Positions 8,725 through 18,417 of a stretch of DNA of 64,000 nt are shown here, piece after piece (the stretch's first letter is position 1; the number at the start of each line of letters is the position of its first letter). This stretch comes from a virus. The stretch lies in the IMG/VR virus record IMGVR_UViG_3300037423_000603. One strand, 5' to 3'. The notes under the pieces were generated by a model. The model was not told the origin of the DNA, searched no databases, and saw only the letters and a program-made list of their open reading frames with translations. Position numbers and translations under genes: made by a program.

Positions 8725-8897
8725 ACGTCTTGCAAGGGGCTTGCGTGCTTGTGCTGTGGGAATCCGGCCGTTTCGACACGCTCGATATCGCCAAGGCGCT
8801 GAATGTTTCTGAGGCGGATGTCTGCCGCCTGCTCGACGCCGCAAAGGAAAGGCGACGCGGCCCATCTTTCACGGTCATCGAAGGATCACGCGCATGA
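8721..8897 (+). CDS. Small HTH protein
   Basis: DTLDIAKALNVSEADVCRLL; start MNVLQG. Confidence 0.55.
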   Translation: MNVLQGACVLVLWESGRFDTLDIAKALNVSEADVCRLLDAAKERRRGPSFTVIEGSRA

Positions 8898-9343
8898 GCA
8901 TCCACTGGCGGCAACTCCCGACGTGGGGAAAGATCGAGGCGGTTCGCTCGGTCTGGTACTCTGGCATTTCAGCAAGAGAGATAGCGGCGCATTTCAACGG
9001 TGCGACCCGCAACGCCATCATCGGCCTTTATGATCGCTATCCAGATGATCTCGCCAACGCACCGCTGAACAAGCCCAAAGGTTCCACCGGGGCAGAAGCA
9101 AGGGCCAAAACTGGACGAAATTTCATCGTTCGCAAGCCGAGCGCGCGCAAGCCTGCAACTCCCGCACCCGTAGTCGAGCAGGCGGGCGAATATCATGTCT
9201 GCGGCAGGCCATTGATGATGATGGCCAAGGGTCGATGCAAATGGCCGGTTAATGATGCGGAGGTGGGCGAGACGCATCTTTTCTGCTGCATCCCGGCCAA
9301 CGGCCCTTACTGTGGAGCCCACGCAGCCCGGGGGAGGGTTTGA
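8894..9343 (+). CDS. gcrA: GcrA-family cell-cycle regulator homologue
   Basis: GISAREIAAHF.GATRNAIIG HTH and C-terminal CKWPV..HLFC..GPYCGAHA. Confidence 0.85.
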   Translation: MSIHWRQLPTWGKIEAVRSVWYSGISAREIAAHFNGATRNAIIGLYDRYPDDLANAPLNKPKGSTGAEARAKTGRNFIVRKPSARKPATPAPVVEQAGEYHVCGRPLMMMAKGRCKWPVNDAEVGETHLFCCIPANGPYCGAHAARGRV

Positions 9344-9657
9344 TGAGCAGGCGTCTTCTCTCCGCAGATCAGTTGGCAGAAATCAGTCAATTGGCCGCCC
9401 AAGGCTGGACGCTCAATAGGTTGGCTGAAAGATTCAACTGCCACCACATGACAATCAGAAGGGCACTAAACCCGGCGCTATACCCGATGCCGGGGCGCCC
9501 CAAGACGCTAAAGCGCGAAAACGCCACACCGGTAGCTCTCCGGCAGGACTTCGCAGCACGTCTTACCGAGATTCCGCCGGACACACGAAGCCTCACCGGG
9601 AAAATCTTCGGCGATCCATTGCCTGGCCGTAGCGCATTCGACCGCCTACGAGCCTAA
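9340..9657 (+). CDS. HTH-containing phage protein
   Basis: GWTLNRLAERFNCHHMTIRRAL; C-terminal GDPLPGRSA. Confidence 0.6.
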   Translation: MMSRRLLSADQLAEISQLAAQGWTLNRLAERFNCHHMTIRRALNPALYPMPGRPKTLKRENATPVALRQDFAARLTEIPPDTRSLTGKIFGDPLPGRSAFDRLRA

Positions 9658-9679
9658 TCCCCAGCACAAGGAAGCCAGC

Positions 9680-10318
9680 ATGACGTGGTTCGCAGCTCGC
9701 ACGATGCCCGGCGCCCAAATGCCCCAACGAGAGTATATCGTTAAATCGACATCGCTCGGCGCTGACGGTAGGCCGAGAGGGAAGGGGTATCGGATCGTCC
9801 CGAGCCTCGACCCCAATGTCTCGGCTGTCGAGCGTGCGCTGTCGAATGAAGGCTTTTCCTATTACATGCCAGTCGAGCGCCGGCTGGTGCGAGATCGCAA
9901 GAAAACCGACCTGTGGAAGCCTCGCCGCTTCGCGCTTCTCCTCGGCTACATATTCGTCAAGGATGTCGAGGATTGGGTGAGGCTGGAAGAAACAGCCGGC
10001 ATCGCCAGCGTGGTTCGAAACCAAGGCCGTCCGCTGTCCATCCCTGTGGCGGAAATCGAGATGCTGCGCGAGATGGAAGCAGAGGCAGAAGCCAAGCTTC
10101 AAAAGCTGATTGAGCAGCGAGCGGCTGCGGCCCGCAGATTGCCCCGCAGGAAGGCGACTGGCGTATTCCCGGCCGGTTCCATGGTCGAGATCACCAGCGG
10201 GCCGCTTGAAGACCGCTGCGGCCTGGTGACAGGGACGGACAGAGAGGGCCGCTTGAAACTCCTTGTCCAGAGCCTCGAAATGTCGGTGCCGATGGATGCC
10301 GTGAAGCTGGTTGCATAG
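9680..10318 (+). CDS. NusG-family transcription antiterminator (probable late-gene activator)
   Basis: NGN domain (WFAART, LLLGYIFV) plus KOW motif (GSMVEITSGPLED); immediately before the late operon. Confidence 0.85.
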   Translation: MTWFAARTMPGAQMPQREYIVKSTSLGADGRPRGKGYRIVPSLDPNVSAVERALSNEGFSYYMPVERRLVRDRKKTDLWKPRRFALLLGYIFVKDVEDWVRLEETAGIASVVRNQGRPLSIPVAEIEMLREMEAEAEAKLQKLIEQRAAAARRLPRRKATGVFPAGSMVEITSGPLEDRCGLVTGTDREGRLKLLVQSLEMSVPMDAVKLVA

Positions 10319-10322
10319 GCTA

Positions 10323-10351
10323 TTGCATCAGAAAGAAAAATGCTCTAGGTT
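10323..10351 (+). promoter_or_regulatory. Putative late promoter
   Basis: TTGCAT-N17-TAGGTT upstream of the structured leader. Confidence 0.5.
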
Positions 10352-10467
10352 TTCTGTAGGTGATTTGCGGCGAACCACCCGCGAAGATGCGCTGCGACAG
10401 GGACAAGTCACGGCAGCCCCTACGAAACCCGATCAAATCGGGTAATCCGAAGTTTTGCCAAAATTTA

Positions 10468-10564
10468 GCGGCGCGCTAGGCGCGTAGCGGCTCCGGCGGT
10501 TGGACCTGATCACCCTTCTGCGTTGCTCGACAAGATGGCGCTGCAAATGCGTCACGCCGCTCCA
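10468..10564 (+). ncRNA. tRNA-like structured element, copy 1
   Basis: GCGGCG/CGCCGC acceptor-like stem, GGCGC-TGCAAAT-GCGTC T-arm, T-CCA end; identical to 43128..43224. Confidence 0.6.
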
Positions 10565-10589
10565 GTTTGCCGGAAAAATAAAGGTACCG

Positions 10590-11096
10590 ATGAAGGTTTC
10601 CCAAACCGGAAAGCGCTTCAAGGCCAAGGACGGCGAACCGTTAGAGTTTCTTCTTAAGGCTCTTCGGTTTGATGATCGCAACGCCTGCCTTATCTGGCCT
10701 TACAGCAAAAAGCAGGACGGCTATGGCCATCTCAAGGTCGATGGAAGATTTCACGTCGTCAGTCGATTGATATGTGAGGCGGTGCACGGCAAGTCTCCCG
10801 TCCAGTCGGCTGCCGTAATCCACGCAGCGCATTCATGCGGTAATTCCAGCTGCTGCAATCCGTGGCATTTGTCGTGGAAGACGCCGAAGGAAAACGAGGC
10901 TGATAAAAAAATCCACGGCACAAGAGCGGCCGGTCCAAGTGATGTGAATCCGTGGGCTCGTCTCACATATGAGCAAGCCCTAGCAATTAAGAATTCCCGT
11001 GGGCCAAGAAGGCCTATTGCAGAAAAATACGGGGTCTCGACCGGCACAGTCGGCGCGATCCGCGCAGGAAGATCTTGGGCGCATCTAGAAATTTAG
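10590..11096 (+). CDS. HNH (His-Me finger) endonuclease with C-terminal HTH
   Basis: HAAHSCGNSSCCNPWHL..TPKEN motif. Confidence 0.85.
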   Translation: MKVSQTGKRFKAKDGEPLEFLLKALRFDDRNACLIWPYSKKQDGYGHLKVDGRFHVVSRLICEAVHGKSPVQSAAVIHAAHSCGNSSCCNPWHLSWKTPKENEADKKIHGTRAAGPSDVNPWARLTYEQALAIKNSRGPRRPIAEKYGVSTGTVGAIRAGRSWAHLEI

Positions 11097-11111
11097 CCAA
11101 CCTTTTCAAAG

Positions 11112-11189
11112 TTTGCCGGTCTTCGGGCATCGCCTCAATAGGCATTGCCACGGTTAAGCGCTGGTCTATCGAGATCGCCGCCGGCAAAG
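11112..11189 (+). ncRNA. Putative structured RNA in the late leader
   Basis: TTTGCCGG...CCGGCAAA closing stem, C(TTCG)G loop, GGCA-GCCT-CAAT-AGGC-TGCC hairpin. Confidence 0.35.
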
Positions 11190-11207
11190 CCATATCGGAG
11201 CAACAGC

Positions 11208-11588
11208 ATGAAGCTTGACGAGTTCAAAGCTTGGTTTGAAGGGTTCACCGAGGACATGGACCGCGCACCCACAGCGAAGCAGTGGAAGCGCATCAAGGAG
11301 CGCGTGTCCGAGATCGACGGCGTGGCGATCAGCTACCCAGTCTACATCGACCGCTATGTGCGGCCCTTGTATCCGTACTATCAGGCCAACCCGATTTGGA
11401 ACGGCACCATCCTCTGCGGGGCAACGGCCCAAGGCATCGGCGCCAGCAACAACACCTCGTATACGGCTGCCGCCAACCAGATGGCGAGCCAGAGCTTTGA
11501 CATGCTGGCTGGGGACGGCGGCACAGTGTTCGACGCCACATCTGCCATGTTCGCGGCTGGCAAAGCAGAAGCGGCATCGTTCGCCTGA
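11208..11588 (+). CDS. Phage hypothetical protein
   Basis: MKLDEFKAWFEGF start after GGAG RBS. Confidence 0.7.
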   Translation: MKLDEFKAWFEGFTEDMDRAPTAKQWKRIKERVSEIDGVAISYPVYIDRYVRPLYPYYQANPIWNGTILCGATAQGIGASNNTSYTAAANQMASQSFDMLAGDGGTVFDATSAMFAAGKAEAASFA

Positions 11589-11765
11589 ATGCCTGAACCC
11601 CGCGCCATCACCGAAATAGCAGAGCGGGCCGCTGAGATGTTCCTCGCTGAGCAGGCGAGGCAGTTCCTTGACTGTGCTATCAACCTTGCGGCCACGAGCA
11701 TGCCGATGCCGGCGCTGATCAAGCTTCTCGAAGACCACGCCGAAATCTTGCGAGAATTCGGCTGA
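11589..11765 (+). CDS. Small hypothetical protein (58 aa)
   Basis: MPEPRAITEIAERAAE..., directly follows the upstream stop. Confidence 0.45.
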   Translation: MPEPRAITEIAERAAEMFLAEQARQFLDCAINLAATSMPMPALIKLLEDHAEILREFG

Positions 11766-11775
11766 GGGGATTCAC

Positions 11776-11976
11776 ATGTTCCCATACGAGTACTACATTA
11801 TGGGCATGAACACTTTCGACGAACTCTCAAGCGCAATTCGTTCAGGCTACAACAATCCCGACGCTCATCCCGCCGCCAAGGTCATCGGACAGCTTCTCGG
11901 CAAGTTCGCTTCCGGCATTGCCATTGGCGCCGGCATTGCTCTGGCGATGGCAATAGCGAGAGCTGGCGGGATGTGA
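11776..11976 (+). CDS. Small membrane protein
   Basis: RBS GAGGGG; C-terminal hydrophobic segment. Confidence 0.55.
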   Translation: MFPYEYYIMGMNTFDELSSAIRSGYNNPDAHPAAKVIGQLLGKFASGIAIGAGIALAMAIARAGGM

Positions 11977-12082
11977 AGTTCGCGGCTGTTCTCGCCGCAC
12001 TTCTACTCCTTGCTTCATGTGAAACACAGAACCCATGTCCATTCGATAGATGGCTGGTCGATCCTTATTGCAGGTAAGCACC

Positions 12083-12400
12083 ATGCCTGAAAACAACAGG
12101 CCGGCAACAACGTTCAAGCCCGGCAAGTCCGGCAATCCGAAGGGGCGGCCCAGGGGCGTCCCGAACAAGACCACGCAATTGCTCAAGGATGCCATCCTGC
12201 AGGCTGCTACTGCCGCAGGCGGTGGCGATATGGCGGTTTATCTCGAGAAGCAGGCTCTGGAGAACCCTGGGCCATTTATGAGCCTTCTTAGCAAGGTTCT
12301 GCCGATGCAAATCGCTGGCGACCCCGACAACCCGGTGAGGCATGAAGTCAGAACGCTCGCCGATTTCTACCGCGCCGACGCTAAACCCGGCTCTACGTGA
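12083..12400 (+). CDS. terS: Terminase small subunit
   Basis: FKPGKSGNPKGRPRG motif; directly upstream of terL. Confidence 0.8.
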   Translation: MPENNRPATTFKPGKSGNPKGRPRGVPNKTTQLLKDAILQAATAAGGGDMAVYLEKQALENPGPFMSLLSKVLPMQIAGDPDNPVRHEVRTLADFYRADAKPGST

Positions 12401-13751
12401 CTTCTGGACGGCCCCCGCCCGCAATCGGGTTCTATATGGCGGCCGATCGTCATCGAAATCGTGGGACGCGGCAGGGTTCGCCATCTTCCTGGCCTCGAAT
12501 TACCGCATTCGAGTCCTGTGCGCCCGCCAATTCCAGAACAAGATAGCGGAATCGGTCTACACGCTCCTTAAGATCCAGATCGAGCGGTTTGGACTAAGGG
12601 ACGAGTTTCATATCACCGACAACTCCATCCGGCATAAACTCACCGGGTCGGAGTTCATGTTTTATGGCCTCTGGCGCCACATTGACGAAATCAAGTCGCT
12701 AGAAGGGATCGACATCTGTTGGATCGAGGAAGCCCACAATCTCACACAAGAGCAGTGGGATATCCTGGAGCCAACGCTTAGGTCTGACGGTTCGCAATTC
12801 TGGGTCATCTTCAACCCCAGGCTTGTAACAGACTTCGTATATCGGCGCTTCGTCACCAACACGCCGCCAGATACCGTCAAGCGCAAGATAAACTACGACG
12901 AAAACCCATTCCTTTCGCAAACCATCCTGAAGGTCATTGAGGCCAAGCAGGCGGAAGATGAGGACGACTATCGACACATCTACCTTGGGGAGCCAAGGGA
13001 AGACGACGACGCGGTAATCATCAAGCGATCCTGGCTCCAGGCTGCGATCGACGCTCATGTGAAGCTGGGGCTCAAGCCTTCTGGCAAGAAGCGCATCGGC
13101 TTTGACGTTGCCGACAGTGGACAGGACAAGAACGCATCGGTTCTGGCGCATGGCATCGTTGCTCTCGCTGCCGACGAATGGAAGGGCAGGGAAGACGAGC
13201 TGCTGAAGTCCGCGTCTCGCGTACACGCCCTAGCTGTCAAGGAAGGCGCGGAGATCGACTACGACTGCATCGGCGTCGGAGCTTTCGCTGGCGCCCACTT
13301 CCAGGCGCTGAATGCCGAAAAAAAAGTCGCGGTAGCCTACCACAAGTTCAATGCAGGCGGCGAGGTCGTCAACAAGGGCATGCGGATCGATTTGAACGAT
13401 CCGAAGTCCCCCTTCAACGGCGATTTCTACGCCAACCTCAAGGCCCAATCGTGGTGGGAAGTCGCACGCCGGCTCCGCAACACTTTCAATGCGGTGACGA
13501 AAGGCCAGATCGCCGCGGAAGAGGACATGATCAGCATTTCGAGCGAGTGCGATCATCTGGACGATCTGATCGATGAGCTTTCAACGCCTCGCAAGGACTT
13601 TGATGCGAGGGGCAAAGCCAAGGTCGAGAGCAAGAAAGATCTGGCGGATCGTGAAATCCCGTCACCGAATAAGGCAGACGCTTTTGTGATGGCCTTTGCG
13701 CCCAGGCCGAAGGTAGCGACGGCCTATTCGGCACCGATGCATTGGGGTTGA
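12342..13751 (+). CDS. terL: Terminase large subunit (PBSX-like)
   Basis: YGGRSSSKS Walker A, WIEEA Walker B, IGFDVA nuclease Asp, SPNKADA. Confidence 0.95.
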   Translation: MKSERSPISTAPTLNPALRDFWTAPARNRVLYGGRSSSKSWDAAGFAIFLASNYRIRVLCARQFQNKIAESVYTLLKIQIERFGLRDEFHITDNSIRHKLTGSEFMFYGLWRHIDEIKSLEGIDICWIEEAHNLTQEQWDILEPTLRSDGSQFWVIFNPRLVTDFVYRRFVTNTPPDTVKRKINYDENPFLSQTILKVIEAKQAEDEDDYRHIYLGEPREDDDAVIIKRSWLQAAIDAHVKLGLKPSGKKRIGFDVADSGQDKNASVLAHGIVALAADEWKGREDELLKSASRVHALAVKEGAEIDYDCIGVGAFAGAHFQALNAEKKVAVAYHKFNAGGEVVNKGMRIDLNDPKSPFNGDFYANLKAQSWWEVARRLRNTFNAVTKGQIAAEEDMISISSECDHLDDLIDELSTPRKDFDARGKAKVESKKDLADREIPSPNKADAFVMAFAPRPKVATAYSAPMHWG

Positions 13752-13752
13752 G

Positions 13753-15219
13753 ATGACGACACAGACCGACCCTTCTTGCCCTTCTTGCGCCTATAAGGAG
13801 ATGGCGCCGCAGTGGTGCATGATAGATGATATCCTTGCCGGACCGTTGCGTGTCAGAAAGCAAGCAGAGATCTACCTGCCCAAATACGAAGCGGAATCGC
13901 TCGACGAATATAAGCGTCGTCTTGCCGCTGCACCGTGGCGTCCAGAGTTCGTGGATGCTCTTGAAAGCCTTGCCTCAAAGCCGTTCGGCAAAGAGGTGTC
14001 GCTGGACAAAGGCGCATCGACCCAGATCAAGGGATTGGCGGAGGATATCGACGGTCGCGGCAATAACCTTACGGCTTTTGCCCGGGATGTGTTCCGGGGC
14101 GGCATCGCCAAGGGCATGCACGGCATTCTGGTGGATTTTCCCTCAATCTCGCCCGGCGCTACCCTGGCTGACGAAAGGAAGATCGGCGCTCGCCCTTATT
14201 GGGTAAGCATCCGAGCCGACGACATTATCGCGCTCTATACCGAATTTGTCGGCAGCCGGGAGATCATCTCTCACGTTCGCATCCGAGAATGCACGACGGT
14301 TCGCGATGGCTTTGGCGAAACACAGGTAGAACGCATTCGTGTGTTCGAACCTGGTATGTGGCAGCTCTGGGAGCGCTACACGAACGAAAAGGGTGAAGAT
14401 GGCTACCAACTGGTGGCTGAAGGCGTGATGACGCTCCCTGACGTGCCGCTGGCGCTGTTCTGGACGGGAGAGCGTGAGGGGTCGCAGAAGGTCAAGCCTC
14501 CGCTGCTGGATCTGGCAGACATGCAGATCGAGCTTTACAGAAAGCTCTCCCGGCAGGATGAGATCGAGACCTATGCTGGCTCCCCCATGCTTCAGGGCGA
14601 GGGGATCGGGCCTCCTGGCCCACAGGACGAAAAGTTCGAGGTCGGCCCCAAGCGGATTCTGTTCGCCCCTCCTAGCCAGAACGGCACGACAAACACCAAA
14701 TGGTCATATATCTCGCCCGATGCGCAACTGCTGACGGAAATCAGGGAAGGCATCAAGACCGTCGTTGACGATATGCGCCGGCTCGCAATGCAACCTATGA
14801 CGCAGAGGTCTGGCACGGTAACGGCTACAGCGACCAGCGTTGAGGCGGCCAAGGCACATTCCGTTGTCGAGGCATGGGCTCTCGGCCTCAAGGATGTCTT
14901 GGAACAGGCATTCACCTTCACCTCGCAATGGCTAAACCAGGCCGAGACTGTTGAGGTTGATGTCAACACCGATTTCAGCGTTGAACAGAATGCACAGGCA
15001 CCCCTGACAGCATTGAAGGATGCCAGGGCATCAGGTGACCTCGGGCATAGGGATTATCTCTACGGCCTCCGCCGCTTCGGTGTCCTTCCTCCTGACGCGG
15101 ATATCGACAAGATAGCGGAAGACGCGGTGAACGAGCAGCCATCGCCAGATGACGAGGCTGCTATCGTAGCAGCGATGACGCCGCCTGCAGCGCAGACGAA
15201 ACAACCGACAGTCCAGTGA
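13753..15219 (+). CDS. Portal protein (DUF4055-like)
   Basis: [14 protein letters not shown]; follows terL; 488 aa. Confidence 0.88.
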   Translation: MTTQTDPSCPSCAYKEMAPQWCMIDDILAGPLRVRKQAEIYLPKYEAESLDEYKRRLAAAPWRPEFVDALESLASKPFGKEVSLDKGASTQIKGLAEDIDGRGNNLTAFARDVFRGGIAKGMHGILVDFPSISPGATLADERKIGARPYWVSIRADDIIALYTEFVGSREIISHVRIRECTTVRDGFGETQVERIRVFEPGMWQLWERYTNEKGEDGYQLVAEGVMTLPDVPLALFWTGEREGSQKVKPPLLDLADMQIELYRKLSRQDEIETYAGSPMLQGEGIGPPGPQDEKFEVGPKRILFAPPSQNGTTNTKWSYISPDAQLLTEIREGIKTVVDDMRRLAMQPMTQRSGTVTATATSVEAAKAHSVVEAWALGLKDVLEQAFTFTSQWLNQAETVEVDVNTDFSVEQNAQAPLTALKDARASGDLGHRDYLYGLRRFGVLPPDADIDKIAEDAVNEQPSPDDEAAIVAAMTPPAAQTKQPTVQ

Positions 15220-15743
15220 TCCACGAAACCGCCTCGATCCATGTCAGGGCATGGGTTGATGAAAGCGTCTCGATAGGGGCAAGGACGAAGGTCTGGCAGT
15301 TCGCCTCGATCACAAGAGGAACGGTTTTAGGCGAGGATTGCAGCGTCTCGCCCCTCGCCATGCTGGACGGTTCGATCTACGGCGATCGGGCACTGATCAG
15401 TGCAGGATTCGCGGCGGGTGCAGGCTTCAAGGTCGGCTCTGACGTGTTCATTGGGCCGAATGTCACGCTTTGCAATGATATGTGGCCAAGGTCCGACAAG
15501 GAAGGCTATGACGACGCGGCGCTTCGCTCTGGCGAGCGGTTCGCTGTGATCATCGGCGACCGCTGCACGATCGGCGCCAATGCGGTGATCCTTCCGGGCG
15601 TTCGCATTGGGGATGGGTCGATTGTCGCGGCCGGCGCAGTCGTTACACGCTCGATTGCCCCTGGGCTGGTACTGAAGCGGAACGGCTACTGCGCTCCTCT
15701 GACGGATGATTGGAGGCGCGAACGTATGCGGTGGGCGGCTTGA
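15216..15743 (+). CDS. Left-handed beta-helix N-acetyltransferase (WbpD/FdtC-like amino-sugar acetyltransferase)
   Basis: Hexapeptide repeats, [35 protein letters not shown]. Confidence 0.85.
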   Translation: MIHETASIHVRAWVDESVSIGARTKVWQFASITRGTVLGEDCSVSPLAMLDGSIYGDRALISAGFAAGAGFKVGSDVFIGPNVTLCNDMWPRSDKEGYDDAALRSGERFAVIIGDRCTIGANAVILPGVRIGDGSIVAAGAVVTRSIAPGLVLKRNGYCAPLTDDWRRERMRWAA

Positions 15744-16357
15744 TCTCCATCGCAACTTTGTTCTGGCAGGCAAACAACGCCTCTCGGGATTTCTCGCACT
15801 GCTATACCCCTAGCTGGGTCGAGAAGCTCTATCGCGGTTTCGCCCGCAACCTGCACATGGAATTCGAGTTCCTGTGCTTCGTCGATCGGCCCTATGAGTT
15901 CAACGAGCCGGAGATACAGCAGGTCCTCCTGATCGATCCGAATCCATCCTACGCAACCTGCATAGAGCCATACCGGCTCGGCGTTCCGATGATCCTGGTC
16001 GGGCTGGATACAATCGTCTTGGGCAATGTCGACGGGTTGGCTCGCTATTGCCTTGAGGAGGACGTGATTGCGTTGCCCCGCGATCCGTTCTTCCCATCTA
16101 GGGCTTGCAACGGCGTCGCTCTGGTTCCAGGCGAAAAGTGGTCTGTTTACGACAACTGGAACGGGGAAAACGACATGGAGTGGATGCGCAAGCAGCCGCA
16201 CCGCATGATCGACGACATCTTTCCCGGTCAGGTTGTGTCCTATAAAGGCCATGTGAAGAAAAACGGGTTGGGTGACGCCAGGATCGCTTATTTCCACGGC
16301 CAAGAGAAGCCTCATCAGCTCGGCCATTTGCCTTGGGTGAAGGAACATTGGCGGTAA
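15710..16357 (+). CDS. GT-A (GT8-like) glycosyltransferase
   Basis: [34 protein letters not shown]-terminal YFHGQEKPH. Confidence 0.7.
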   Translation: MEARTYAVGGLISIATLFWQANNASRDFSHCYTPSWVEKLYRGFARNLHMEFEFLCFVDRPYEFNEPEIQQVLLIDPNPSYATCIEPYRLGVPMILVGLDTIVLGNVDGLARYCLEEDVIALPRDPFFPSRACNGVALVPGEKWSVYDNWNGENDMEWMRKQPHRMIDDIFPGQVVSYKGHVKKNGLGDARIAYFHGQEKPHQLGHLPWVKEHWR

Positions 16358-16890
16358 CGCTCATTCTCGGCGGCGCCAAATGCGTCTGGGCCGATATTGA
16401 AGCAGCTCTGGATATCATGGAATTCGACGGCGTCGTCGCCTGCAACGATGTCGGGGTGCAATGGAAGGGTAATCTGGCGGGATGGGTTTCGCTGCACGCC
16501 GAGAAGCTGCCGAAATGGGTTACTGATCGCATTGCAAATGGCCTTTCGATGCCGGCCAGGATCGCAACCCACGACCAGAAGCAGGACAAGCCGTTCCAGT
16601 GGGAGCGGGTGCCTTACATGTTTCGCGGTCAGCGGCATTCTGGCTCTTCCGGGGAGTTCGCGGCCAAGTACGCACTGGAAGACCTGCGCTTCGACAAGGG
16701 CGTTCTCTGCGGCATTCCAATGCTGAATTCTGAGGCGCATTTCTTCAACCCGAAGATGTGGGAAGCGGCTCGACATTATCGATTGGGCTGGGCCGAGGCA
16801 AAGCCGGCGATTGGTGACAGGCTCCGATCGATGTCCGGATGGACGCGAGAGCAGTTCGGCGCCCCAACGATGGAATGGGCCAATGCGTGA
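16348..16890 (+). CDS. Sialyltransferase/MAF(DUF115)-like glycosyltransferase-fold protein 1
   Basis: LILGGAKCV, VVACND, SLHAEK, GSSGEFAAKYAL, VLCGIPM. Confidence 0.55.
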   Translation: MAVTLILGGAKCVWADIEAALDIMEFDGVVACNDVGVQWKGNLAGWVSLHAEKLPKWVTDRIANGLSMPARIATHDQKQDKPFQWERVPYMFRGQRHSGSSGEFAAKYALEDLRFDKGVLCGIPMLNSEAHFFNPKMWEAARHYRLGWAEAKPAIGDRLRSMSGWTREQFGAPTMEWANA

Positions 16891-17065
16891 TTACGTTGTC
16901 AGGCGCAGCGCCGATATTGACGACAACACGGATGCTGAGAACTATCTCTCGCGCACCGTATACGAGCCCGAAGAACTGATCGACATCGGCATTCTTGACG
17001 CGGACGGCAATAAGGTCATGGCGCGCAGAAGGCTGGACCCGATAGGCTTCATCCGCTGGAAATGA
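16883..17065 (+). CDS. Small phage hypothetical protein
   Basis: GILDADGNKV..PIGF; coupled on both sides. Confidence 0.6.
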   Translation: MRDYVVRRSADIDDNTDAENYLSRTVYEPEELIDIGILDADGNKVMARRRLDPIGFIRWK

Positions 17066-17583
17066 TCGCTCTCGTCCTCGGCGGCGCCTCTTGTGTCTGG
17101 GATGATGCTTTTGAGGCAATAGAGAAGTTCAACCCTGGACTGTTCGTCGCCTGTAACGACATAGGAACACGCTGGAGCGGCCCGCTCGATGCCTGGGTCA
17201 CGCTCCACCCGGAGAAGATGGCCAAATGGCGCTCAGAGCGGGCCGCACAGGGCTTCTCAGAGGCTTTCGAGCATGTGGCCGCAGAAGATGGCCATGCCGG
17301 AATAGACCGCGTTGCTGACTATCGCTGGCCGGGAATGACAGCTTCGGGATCGTCCGGGCTCTTTGCCGTCAAGATCGCCTTGGAGAAGGCGGATAAGGTA
17401 ATCCTGGCCGGCGTTCCGATGACGCCGACAGCGCACTTTTTCGACGATGCCCCTTGGGCGCATGTCAGATCATTCAACGAAGCATGGAAGACAATGCAGC
17501 CCTTTCTGAAGGGCAAGGTAGCCAGCATGTCGGGATGGACCCGCGAATTGCTCGGTGGACCGGAGAATTGGCTGGCGGGGTGA
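17062..17583 (+). CDS. Sialyltransferase/MAF(DUF115)-like glycosyltransferase-fold protein 2 (paralogue of 16348..16890)
   Basis: LVLGGASCV, FVACND, TLHPEK, GSSGLFAVKIAL, ILAGVPM, SMSGWTRE. Confidence 0.55.
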   Translation: MIALVLGGASCVWDDAFEAIEKFNPGLFVACNDIGTRWSGPLDAWVTLHPEKMAKWRSERAAQGFSEAFEHVAAEDGHAGIDRVADYRWPGMTASGSSGLFAVKIALEKADKVILAGVPMTPTAHFFDDAPWAHVRSFNEAWKTMQPFLKGKVASMSGWTRELLGGPENWLAG

Positions 17584-17633
17584 TCCTGCTGCCGTCAACG
17601 GGCGTGATGCCCACAATCAAGCGAGACGCTTAA

Positions 17634-18380
17634 ATGGCACTGAAGCTGATCGTCGATAAGCTCGACGACGTACCCGAGGCATTGCGTGGCGAGTACACGG
17701 AGAAAGACGGCAAATTCCACCTCGGGGTGGATGGTCTGGAAGATACTGGCGGGCTGAAGACCGCTCTTCAGAAGGAGCGCGCTGATCGCGCCGCCTACGA
17801 AAAACAGGTGAAAGCCTGGCAGGGCCTCGGCAAGTCGCCCGACGAGATCAAGGAACTCCTCGAAGCGCAGGCTAGGGCCGACGAGGATAAGGCCACGAAG
17901 GCCGGCGAGTGGGACAAGCTCAAGGCCCAGATGAATGAGAAGCATGAGGCAGCGCTGCGAAGCAAGGACGAGACGATCTCGGCCATGCGCAAGCGCCTCA
18001 ACGCCGAACTTGTGGACGCCAAGGCAGTTGCGGCAATAGCCGCCGCCAAGGGCGTCCCTGAACTCCTTCTGCCGCACGTCCAGCGGCATGTGAAGGTGGA
18101 TGCTGATTTTAATGTCCAGGTCGTCGACGATAAGGGTGATCCGCGCGTCAACGGCAAGGGCGAACCTCTAACGATTGCCGATCTCGTCGCGGAAATGCGC
18201 GGGTCGGAAGTGTTTGGCCGGGCCTTTGAAGGTTCCGGACAATCCGGCAGCGGGAAGCAGCCGGGCAATGGAGCCGGGGGAGCCGGCGTCAACAGGAAAT
18301 CCGATTTCAAGACCGAGAAGGATCGAGCCGCTTTTGTCGATAAGCACGGCTTCGAAGCCTACAAAGCCCTTCCGGACTGA
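17634..18380 (+). CDS. Head scaffolding protein
   Basis: Coiled-coil, acidic/basic; GSGSG tail; precedes the capsid gene. Confidence 0.82.
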   Translation: MALKLIVDKLDDVPEALRGEYTEKDGKFHLGVDGLEDTGGLKTALQKERADRAAYEKQVKAWQGLGKSPDEIKELLEAQARADEDKATKAGEWDKLKAQMNEKHEAALRSKDETISAMRKRLNAELVDAKAVAAIAAAKGVPELLLPHVQRHVKVDADFNVQVVDDKGDPRVNGKGEPLTIADLVAEMRGSEVFGRAFEGSGQSGSGKQPGNGAGGAGVNRKSDFKTEKDRAAFVDKHGFEAYKALPD

Positions 18381-18417
18381 TCGGGATCGTCAACCCGGCT
18401 CTTAAAGGAACCCTCCC

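Noticed and set aside
10468-10564. Canonical tRNA gene (e.g. tRNA-Cys from the CTGCAAA loop and T-CCA end, or tRNA-Ile from CTGATCA)
   Set aside because: No 5-bp anticodon stem forms around either loop, and the T-loop reads TGC not TTC. Kept only as tRNA-like.
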